Positions 43,836 through 51,900 of a DNA stretch of 52,909 bases are shown here, in pieces (position 1 is the stretch's first letter; every line of letters begins with the position of its first letter). Below the pieces are notes generated by a model. The model did no database searches, was not told where the DNA came from, and was given only the letters and a program-made list of their open reading frames with translations. Origin of the DNA: an uncultured Planctomycetia bacterium. GTDB lineage: Bacteria; Omnitrophota; Gorgyraeia; Tantalellales; Tantalellaceae. The stretch lies in the NCBI GenBank assembly GCA_964421015.1, contig CAYQUS010000006.1, positions 47,096 to 100,004 on the forward strand, given 5' to 3'. Position numbers and translations under genes: made by a program.

Positions 43836-44476
43836 GCGCTTTTATGTATCATTTTTCCAGGGGAACTCTTGAAACAGCTGTAAGGGTACTTTTTAAGCTC
43901 AGGATAACCGGACACAGTAATTTTCCAAAACCTCCTTTCATAGTAGTTTCCAACCACACAAGCCTGTTGGATCCGCCCATAGTGGGAGCAGCGTGTAAAA
44001 AGTACCTGGTCAATTTTATGGTGAAGCAGGAGCTCTGTGAAATGCCGGTAGTAAGGCATTGGTCCCGGAGCGTGGAGTGCATACCCGTGCGGCGTGGTGA
44101 AAACAGCATAAAAGGTATAAGGGAATCTCTCCGGAGGCTGAAACAGGGAAAGGTAGTGGGTATTTTCCCAGAAGGAACAAGGTCTCCTGACGGCAGCCTG
44201 AGGGAAGCCAAGACCGGAACAGGGTTCCTCGTAGCTTCGGCTAAAGTGCCTGTGGTGCCGATATACGTTTACGGGACGGCTGAAGCCCTGCCTAAAGGTA
44301 AATCGCCTAAATTCTGGTCAAAAGTGGGAGCTATAATAGGAAAACCTCTCTCTCCCGAGGACCTCAGGCTTGGTTCCGGGAGCGGAAAAGAGTACTTTGA
44401 ACGTGTCAGCGACGACATAATGGGCGCTATATCGGCTTTAAGGGACTCTTTTCTCTCAGGCGGCGAAAAACTTTAA
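43832..44476 (+). CDS. plsC: 1-acyl-sn-glycerol-3-phosphate acyltransferase
   Basis: NHTSLLDPP (HX4D) and IFPEGTRS. Confidence 0.92.
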   Translation: MSAFMYHFSRGTLETAVRVLFKLRITGHSNFPKPPFIVVSNHTSLLDPPIVGAACKKYLVNFMVKQELCEMPVVRHWSRSVECIPVRRGENSIKGIRESLRRLKQGKVVGIFPEGTRSPDGSLREAKTGTGFLVASAKVPVVPIYVYGTAEALPKGKSPKFWSKVGAIIGKPLSPEDLRLGSGSGKEYFERVSDDIMGAISALRDSFLSGGEKL

Positions 44477-44481
44477 AATGA

Positions 44482-44510
44482 TTGCAAGTTGGGGGCAAAA
44501 ACGGTAGAAT
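44482..44510 (+). promoter_or_regulatory. Putative sigma70 promoter for rpsA
   Basis: TTGCAA (44482-87), 17 nt spacer, TAGAAT (44505-10). Confidence 0.55.
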
Positions 44511-44601
44511 ACCCCCTCGTAACACAAGGCTTAACCCAGTTCGCGCCCTAAAGCGCGTTCAATCCAAAGGTTACAGCCGTAAATTAAGGAGTGATCGGGT
44601 A

Positions 44602-46206
44602 ATGATAATCAAAAGAGAAAGCGGTGTGGAAAATGACGAAATGGCGAAACTGTATGAGGACAGTGTCGCTGACGTCAAAGAGGGAGAGGTACTGAAAGGC
44701 AGAGTGGTCCAGGTCACAGACAAGGACGTGCTCGTGGATGTGGGGTACAAGTCGGAAGGGGTTATCCACAGGTCCGAACTTATGGATCCCGACGGGGTAA
44801 AAGTAGGGGACGAAATCGACGTTATTCTGGAAGCCAAAGAGAATGACCTTGGGATGGTGGTTCTGTCTCATGAAAAGGCCAAGAAGTTCAAGGGGTGGCA
44901 GAACATAACCGACAATTTCAAGGAAGGCGACAATATCGAAGGCAGAGTGTTCAAGCAGGTGCGCGGAGGGTTCATGGTAGATGTGGGCATGGAGGCGTTC
45001 CTCCCGGCAAGCCTGTCGATGATGCAGGAATTTCCCGGCGAGGGAATAATCGGGCAGAAGCTCACCTTCAAGATAGTCAAGATAAACATACCCCGTAAGA
45101 ACATAGTGCTTTCAAGAAAAGAGATAGTTGAGGAAAAACGCCGCGAGGAAAAGCAGCTTATACTCGGGGAACTCAATAAAGGCGATATAGTAAAAGGTAT
45201 AGTAAGGAACATAACCGACTTCGGCGCCTTCATAGATATAGGTGGGGGCATAACCGGGCTTCTTCACATAACCGACATGAGCTGGGGCAGAGTGTCTCAC
45301 CCCGGAGAGGTGGTCAAGGTAGGAGAAGAGGTAGAGGTTGTAGTTCTTGATTTCGATAAGACTAGCGTTAAGGTGTCTCTGGGGCTTAAACAGAAAACCA
45401 AGAACCCTTGGGAAGGAATAGGCGACAAGTACCCCGAAGGGGCGGTAGTTAAAGGTAAGGTAGTGAATATAATGCCTTACGGTGTTTTCGTAGAACTGGA
45501 AAAAGGCATCGAGGGGCTGATACACATATCCGAGTTCTCCTGGTCGAAACGCGTGGGCCACCCGAGCGAGAAATTCAAGGTAGGAGACAAGGTCGAAGCC
45601 GTTATACTCAAGGCCGACAAAGAGGCGCAGAAACTTTCCCTGGGTATAAAACAGCTGGAAAAAGATCCGTGGGAAGGCGTAGCCGCCAGGTTCTCCGTAG
45701 GGGACAGGGTAAAAGGCAGAATAAGCGCGGTTACGGATTACGGCGCTTTCATGGAAATAGAGAAGGGAGTGGAAGGTCTTATTCACGTTTCGGACCTTTC
45801 ATGGACCAAAAGGATAACGCATCCCAAGGATATGCTCAAAAAGGACGACGACATATCGGCTGTTGTTCTTAACGTTGACGAGCAGAACAGAAGAATAGCT
45901 CTCGGCATCAAGCAGCTCGAGAACGATCCCTGGGACGAGATAGTTAAAAAGTACACTCCGGATACCGAATGGGACGGCAAGGTCACGAATATAACTAATT
46001 TTGGAATATTCGTCGAGCTTGATAAGGATCTGGAAGGGCTTTTGCATGTTTCAGAAGCCGAGCTTCCCAAGGGCGGTAAAATGGAAGAGGTCTATAAGGA
46101 AGGAGACCCCATAAAGGTCAAGATACTTCATATAGACGGTGTTCAGAAAAAGATAGCCCTCAGCAATAAGGGGGTATCCGGAGCCAAAACCGAAGCGGCA
46201 GCTTAG
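44602..46206 (+). CDS. rpsA: 30S ribosomal protein S1
   Basis: Repeated S1 domains (ITDFGAFIDIG, GLLHITDMSW, GLIHISEFSW, GLIHVSDLSW). SD TAAGGAG at 44585-91 favours ATG 44602 over the track's TTG at 44482. Confidence 0.96.
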   Translation: MIIKRESGVENDEMAKLYEDSVADVKEGEVLKGRVVQVTDKDVLVDVGYKSEGVIHRSELMDPDGVKVGDEIDVILEAKENDLGMVVLSHEKAKKFKGWQNITDNFKEGDNIEGRVFKQVRGGFMVDVGMEAFLPASLSMMQEFPGEGIIGQKLTFKIVKINIPRKNIVLSRKEIVEEKRREEKQLILGELNKGDIVKGIVRNITDFGAFIDIGGGITGLLHITDMSWGRVSHPGEVVKVGEEVEVVVLDFDKTSVKVSLGLKQKTKNPWEGIGDKYPEGAVVKGKVVNIMPYGVFVELEKGIEGLIHISEFSWSKRVGHPSEKFKVGDKVEAVILKADKEAQKLSLGIKQLEKDPWEGVAARFSVGDRVKGRISAVTDYGAFMEIEKGVEGLIHVSDLSWTKRITHPKDMLKKDDDISAVVLNVDEQNRRIALGIKQLENDPWDEIVKKYTPDTEWDGKVTNITNFGIFVELDKDLEGLLHVSEAELPKGGKMEEVYKEGDPIKVKILHIDGVQKKIALSNKGVSGAKTEAAA

Positions 46207-46242
46207 GCCTGAAAAGCCGGTTCCATGGGCAGAATGAGCGAG

Positions 46243-46281
46243 AAAGAGACGCGTACCAGAGGTACGCGTCTCTTTTTTTTT
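46243..46281 (+). terminator. Intrinsic terminator after rpsA
   Basis: AAAGAGACGCGTACC-aga-GGTACGCGTCTCTTT followed by a T run. Confidence 0.9.
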
Positions 46282-46306
46282 ACTCCAGAGGAGACTTCCA
46301 TTTTGG

Positions 46307-46342
46307 ATATTACTTGTAAATACCCTTTACATGTGCTAAAAA
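46307..46342 (+). promoter_or_regulatory. Putative promoter/operator for the MerR-type gene
   Basis: TTGTAA (46314-19), 17 nt spacer, TAAAAA with upstream TG. Overlaps the inverted repeat TGTAAA-taccc-TTTACA. Confidence 0.45.
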
Positions 46343-46361
46343 CATGTTGGAGGAGTAAAAT

Positions 46362-46685
46362 ATGGAAAGTGACTACAGGGAACCTGTCTATACAATAGGG
46401 GTTGTTGCCAGAAAACTTAAGGTTTGCCAGGCTACTCTCAGGATATGGGAAAAAAAACAGCTTATAAAACCCGCCAGAATAGGAAAAGACAGGTTTTTTT
46501 CCCGTTGTGATCTAGACAGACTCGGAAAAATAAAAGAACTTATCCAGATAAAGAAGATAAACATAGAAGGGGTAAGGAGTATCCTGGGGGTCACGAACTG
46601 TTGGGACATAAAAAATTGCGGGGAGAAGGAACGCAACGCCTGTTCGGTGTACAAAAGGTTCAGGGCCACAAAAAACGGCATATAA
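46362..46685 (+). CDS. MerR-family HTH regulator (HspR-like) with Cys-rich C-terminal tail
   Basis: PVYTIGVVARKLKVCQATLRIWEKKQLIKPAR (MerR HTH), then NCWDIKNCGEKERNACSVY. RBS GGAGGAG. Confidence 0.85.
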   Translation: MESDYREPVYTIGVVARKLKVCQATLRIWEKKQLIKPARIGKDRFFSRCDLDRLGKIKELIQIKKINIEGVRSILGVTNCWDIKNCGEKERNACSVYKRFRATKNGI

Positions 46686-46696
46686 ATACTTATTGC

Positions 46697-46744
46697 ATAT
46701 CACTTGTAAACACTTTTGACAAATGTTTCTCCAGGTGGTATACT
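46697..46744 (+). promoter_or_regulatory. Sigma70 promoter and putative operator for the GMC gene
   Basis: TTGACA (46716-21), 17 nt spacer, TATACT (46739-44) with extended TG. Preceded by ATATCACTTGTAAACAC, nearly identical to ATATTACTTGTAAATAC upstream of the MerR gene. Confidence 0.7.
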
Positions 46745-46781
46745 TCGAGTTAGCGGTTTTTAAATAAAAAGGGGGAGATCA

Positions 46782-48059
46782 ATGAATATCAGGGCGGATG
46801 TTGTTGTAGTGGGATCCGGGGCCGGCGGAGCCAGCGTTGCCAAGGAACTAGCCGCCAAGGGAAGGGACGTAGTTCTCCTGGAGAAGGGTAGTCTGGTCAA
46901 GAGAGTCGGAACTCAGCTGGATGCCCTAAAATATTATGACCGCATGGCCCTGAGGTCGAGCATAGAGGGTCTTCTTGTTTACAGTGCAGTAATGGGAGGA
47001 GGAACCACTAACGTAAGCTGTGGTAACGGGATGCCTGTTCTCGGGGAAGAACTTAAAGAGTTGGGGATCGATCTTTCCCGGGAATTTGAAGAAACGGAAA
47101 AGGAGATAAATGTCAGGCCGATTTTGTCAAAGCTAATTGGTCCTGGATCCAGGCTTATTATGGACATAGGCAACGAAATGGGGCTTGAGATGAAGCCCAT
47201 GCCGAAATACGTTGATGCCCAGAAGTGTAATGCCTGCGGTTTCTGTCTTTTTGGATGTAAACGCGGAGCGAAATGGACGACCATGGACTTCGTGAAAAAG
47301 ATGCATAAGTCGGGGGGAAGGGTTTTTTATAATGTCGATGTAAGAAAAGTCGTCACAAGGAATGGGAAAGCGGTAGGTGTTGTGGGGGTAAAAGACGGCA
47401 AACCCGTAAGGGTGAAGGCCGACAAGGTGGTAGTAGCAGCCGGCGGGTTAGCGAGTCCGGTGATACTTCAGAATAGCGGCATAAAGAGCGCCGGTAAGAA
47501 TCTTTTTGTTGATCTTTTGAATGTTACTTTCGGCATACTGGAAAATAAGGATATAAATCTGTCCAAAGAGATAACTATGTCTGTTGTGAGCACGAAATAT
47601 CTTGAGGATAAGGGGTTCCTGTTGTCTCCATTTATGTTCCCGCCGCTGGTAATGACCACTATAACTCATCCTCTTAAGATGCATAAGCTGCTCAGGTATA
47701 ACAGGCTATTGGGTATAATGACCAAGTCGAAGGACGACAATGAGGGAAGTGTGCTTCCTGACGGCAGGTTCCACAAAAAACCCACCGAAATGGACAACAA
47801 AAGGCTGAATGAAGGGGCGGAAATAGCGACCAGCATACTGCTGAGAGCAGGTGTGAAGAAAAGAAATATTTTTGTTCCTAGGCCGTCCGGCGCGCACCCC
47901 GGGGGAAGCAATCCGATAGGCAAAGTCGTGGATAAAAACCTTGAAACCGAGATAAAGGGTCTTTTTGTTTGCGATGCCAGCGTGCTTCCGGTTTCAAGCG
48001 GAGCGCCCCCGATAGTGACTATAGTGTCCCTGGGAAAAAGGCTGGCTTCCTACATATAG
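46782..48059 (+). CDS. GMC family FAD-dependent oxidoreductase
   Basis: VVVVGSGAGG, LLEKG, MGGGTTNV, CNACGFCLFGC, HPGGSNPIG, LFVCDASVLP, PPIVTI. Confidence 0.9.
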   Translation: MNIRADVVVVGSGAGGASVAKELAAKGRDVVLLEKGSLVKRVGTQLDALKYYDRMALRSSIEGLLVYSAVMGGGTTNVSCGNGMPVLGEELKELGIDLSREFEETEKEINVRPILSKLIGPGSRLIMDIGNEMGLEMKPMPKYVDAQKCNACGFCLFGCKRGAKWTTMDFVKKMHKSGGRVFYNVDVRKVVTRNGKAVGVVGVKDGKPVRVKADKVVVAAGGLASPVILQNSGIKSAGKNLFVDLLNVTFGILENKDINLSKEITMSVVSTKYLEDKGFLLSPFMFPPLVMTTITHPLKMHKLLRYNRLLGIMTKSKDDNEGSVLPDGRFHKKPTEMDNKRLNEGAEIATSILLRAGVKKRNIFVPRPSGAHPGGSNPIGKVVDKNLETEIKGLFVCDASVLPVSSGAPPIVTIVSLGKRLASYI

Positions 48060-48083
48060 AGGGTGGGATCCAATATTGTTTGT

Positions 48084-48118
48084 AAAACAGGCGTACCGTG
48101 GGTACGCCTGTTTTTTTT
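48084..48118. terminator. Bidirectional intrinsic terminator between convergent genes
   Basis: AAAACAGGCGTACC-gtg-GGTACGCCTGTTTT followed by further Ts. Confidence 0.88.
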
Positions 48119-48641
48119 AAGTCCTGTCGAAGAAAGGGTTTTTGCCGGTGGCAGAAAGAGGTATACCTATTGCCATAACGCAGCCCTTAAGAAGGCCGCA
48201 GGCTATGGCGGCTTTTCCGGCCGAGTACATTACGCGGTTATCGGCGTGGAAAAGCGATGCCAGAGAAACGCTTGAACCTATAGCTATCCCGAGGTCCATG
48301 GAGTTGTAGGCGCAGACCCCTTTTTTGCGGGTAAGTGAAGCGCAGTCGGGTTCTCCGCAGAAACCACAGTTTAACCCTATCGGCGAACTTTTTGTCCCCA
48401 CCAGCACCACAACTTCCGCGGTTTTTATGTTAGCCGAGTCCCTGATAAAACCGGGACGTGAAAGTTTTTTCCCCATAGAGAGCATTTTCGAGGCGAGCAT
48501 GTCTTTGTCTTTCTTCTCGGCTATGGTTATTACGAGGTTGTCCATTCCTTTGGCTTTAGGAGCCGTCCTGGCGGCTACGCACATTTTTTCGGCGATGCCT
48601 TTGATCGCGGAAGCTTTTATCTTTTCAAAATCAGCGGCCAT
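48117..48641 (-). CDS. DUF2148-like ferredoxin-domain protein (nitroreductase-like fold with Cys cluster)
   Basis: MCVAARTAPKAKG, NCGFCGEPDC, DLGIAIGSSV, DNRVMYSAG, IGIPLSATGKNPFFDR. Confidence 0.85.
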   Translation of the reverse strand: MAADFEKIKASAIKGIAEKMCVAARTAPKAKGMDNLVITIAEKKDKDMLASKMLSMGKKLSRPGFIRDSANIKTAEVVVLVGTKSSPIGLNCGFCGEPDCASLTRKKGVCAYNSMDLGIAIGSSVSLASLFHADNRVMYSAGKAAIACGLLKGCVMAIGIPLSATGKNPFFDRT

Positions 48642-48830
48642 TTTATCTCCTTTTGGGGTATATCAGCTCTTAAAATTTTAACTTTACCGGTGAGAACGCG
48701 CCATGACGCTTCTAATTATGGGGCAAGAGGTGAAATTTTTCAACATCGTTTTTGCGGCCGGTCTAAAGGGGGCGTCCAAGAATTTTCCCGGCATGTTTTT
48801 TAAAACACATAACGGGCTAAAAAAACATTA

Positions 48831-48875
48831 TTGACAAAAACTTCAAAAAGTGATACTATCACGATAAGTGATACG
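48831..48875 (+). promoter_or_regulatory. Sigma70 promoter with an overlapping palindrome
   Basis: TTGACA (48831-36), 17 nt spacer, TACTAT (48854-59) with extended TG. Palindrome GTGATA-C-TATCAC at 48850-62; AAGTGATAC is repeated at 48848 and 48867. Confidence 0.7.
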
Positions 48876-48879
48876 AATC

Positions 48880-48894
48880 GGGGGGGGGGGGGGG
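48880..48894 (+). repeat. G15 homopolymer in the 5' UTR
   Basis: 15 consecutive G between the promoter and the RBS GAGGAGG (48904-10). Confidence 0.9.
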
Positions 48895-48915
48895 AATGTA
48901 TTTGAGGAGGATGAC

Positions 48916-51900
48916 ATGAGTCACGTATCCCATTTCCGCGTACCCCTTAAAATGATCTCGGCGGTTGTTGCCGGGATATTTTTATTTCAGGAAATAGTTT
49001 GGGCGGGCGATATTGTTTCGCTCATACAACCGGCTTCTGAGCCTGCTCCGAATTCATCTTCGGTGGAAGTCATCCAGTCCGGCCAGACCCAGGCAGAAAC
49101 TTTGATAGCGGCAAAAAACGCTATCGAGGACTTCTCCTTGCAGGTTTCTCCCGGAGCGGCGACGCTTAGTACCTCACATGGGATCGAATATGACAGAGAG
49201 GTTGTCGGGACTACGGGCTGGACTTTTTATTACCGGTCGGATGTTCTTGTCGAAAAAAGCCATGAAGACGGCAGGGCCTACGTTTACTCTTATGATGAAG
49301 CCGGGCGAATAAGCGCTTTCGACTACTATAAAGCCGGGGATGTTTTTTACTATACCCAGGAATATGACCGCGATGCGAATGGCAATGTTACGGCCGCAAG
49401 GCGCGTATTTTCGAACGGTAATACCTATCATTACACGCCTAATTGGAAGGTAACTCGGATAGACTATGCTGACGGGAGAGCCATTACCTATACATACGAC
49501 GCCGAATGGAAAGTAACGGGTCGCGTAATGTATTATGCGGCCGGCGGCGTGCAGTACTCTGAAACATATTCTTACGATGCTTCGGGCGCGCTTGAGGGAA
49601 TAACGAGAGCTTTCACCGGCGGCAATACTTACCATTATGCTGCCAACTGGAAAACCCTGCGCATAGACTATGCCGACGGGAGAGCCCTTACCTATACATA
49701 TGACGCCGAATGGAAAGTAACGGGCCGTGTAATGTATTATGCGCCCGGCGGCGTATATTACTCGGAAACCTATTTTTATGATGTTTCGGGCGAGTTAGAG
49801 GGTATAACGCGCCTGTTCGATAACGGCAATACCTACCATTACTCGCCGAACTGGAAGGTGATGAGAATAGATTACGCCGACGGCAGGGTACTCACTTATG
49901 TTTATGATGGGTCTTGGGGACTTTCTGAAAGGATAATGTACCGCGCCGACGGAACAAGGCAGTACAGATATACTTATGTTTCGGGAGTTCTCAGCGCTAA
50001 AGAGCTTTATTATATTTCAGGGAATCTTTCAAGTGTCACGTATACCGTTTCCGATGAGAAAGGGTTTGCGTATTACAGGTATGTAGATGAAGATCTTAAC
50101 GGCACCGGGATAGGACGGCTTAAGCTTGCGCGTCTCGCCGAACGGAACGATGCCGGGGAACTTGCGTTCGAGTATAGTTACAGCGGCAGCACGATGTATG
50201 TTAATTCATACAGCGAGGTGTCGGGAGGGGATCTTATTGCCGAATACCGGTACAATCAAGAAGGAGTTCTTGCCCGCAAGATCGATCACGTGAGCGGAAC
50301 GACTTTTATGTATTATGCCGTAAGCGGCAGGCTTTTTTCCATGGAGACGTCGGTTCCGGACGAGAGCGGGAACACTTTATACCTTTATATGGATGAGGAT
50401 TTTTACGCGGCAAGCGAACACCCGGCGGGGTATTACGGAAGGGTGTCGGCTTTTATGCGTACGGAGCCTGACAGCGATAGCGCAGTGACTTTCAATGTCG
50501 CGTATGACAACGAGTCCAGCGACATGGCCCGTACGGTAAGCGGAACGAGCGGTGAAACTATTCTTGTCTCCCGATATCTCTATGCCGATACCGGCAGTCT
50601 TGTGTCGAAAACAACGTTTTATGAAAGCGGTCTTACCGAAAGCGTGACTTTTTCGGTGCCGGACGCGGAAGGATTTGTTTACTATCATTATGCGGATACG
50701 GAATTTGCCGCCACCGGACAAGGTCTGGCCGACATTAAGATACTTTCGGTTCCAGATCCTGACGGATCTATCGCGTATTCGTACGAATACCACGAAACCG
50801 GTATAGTCCAGAGGAGAACCGGGTATGCCGAAGCCGACTATTCTCTGTCCCGCGAGCCCGTAATATCGGCAGTTACAGCTATATACGAATATGACGAGAC
50901 AGGCCGGCCTGTGGTCCATTTTGATGAGATCATCGGTTCTTATGGTATACGCCGGGAGCTCGACGGGTCTCTGTTGACATACATGCTCGATGGCTCCGGC
51001 GGGTCATATTTACACACTGTATCCAGCGCTGAAGGCGGTTTTCTGGATGTTTATGAAAGGGACGACGCGATGGCGCTTGTCTCGGTGCGGCGCACATATG
51101 ACGACGGTGTTATAGAACTTTATGAGCCTATGGACGGCGAAGGGAACTATCTTAGGCTTATTGAGAAAAAAATCCCCGAAAGGCCGTTCATAAAAGGTGT
51201 GAACCTGCCATGGATGAATTATGGTTACGATCTGGGAGAACTTCCTGGGAGCGACCTTCATTACGGGTTTTCTTCGCGGGAGGCCGATCTTTACAGTAAG
51301 TTCGATATGTGGAAAGGTTCCTATGTAAGGGTATTTCTTTTTACCGATCTCAGGTCCTCTATAGAGTTTGACACGGAAGGGTTTGCTGTCGGGTTTACCG
51401 ACAGGGTTTTTGAGGATATGCGCTCGCTCCTGGACGCGGCTAAGACATTTGGGGTAAAACTTGTTCCCGTGCTTTTTGATTACGGCATAGCCGACGGAGT
51501 TACGCATGAAGGCGAGTACGAAGTCGGCGAGAACCCGGGTGTTATCCTTGATGACGCGAAAAAAGCTGCTTTGATGGATGTCCTGTCCGGATTCTTCGAA
51601 GAGTTCGCCGCAAACGATGCCGTTTATGCCTGGGACATTATCAACGAGCCGGAGTGGTCGGTAGATTCCGGTACGGTAAATCTTGAAGCGATGCGCGTTT
51701 TTGTGTCAGGGATGTCTGGCCTCATAAGGTCGAAGGCACCCGAGGCGCTTGTAACACTGGGCAGCCGCAACAGGACGGATATGGCGCTTAATTGGCAGGG
51801 TCTTGGGCTTGATATTTATCAGTACCATTATTACGACCGTTTCGAGGATGAAGGTTATCCCCTGGACTATCCGGCCGGGGACCTGGCCTTAGACGGCCCG

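Noticed and set aside
44520-44600. tRNA-like GTTCAATCC in the rpsA leader
   Set aside because: No cloverleaf, D-arm or acceptor stem can be formed. At most a leader hairpin (CGCGC..GCGCG) of unknown role.
48690-48830. Possible third copy of the structured element (GAAATTTTTCAAC resembles GAAAATTTTCAAC)
   Set aside because: The match is limited to about 13 nt of AT-rich sequence and the paired partner segments are absent.
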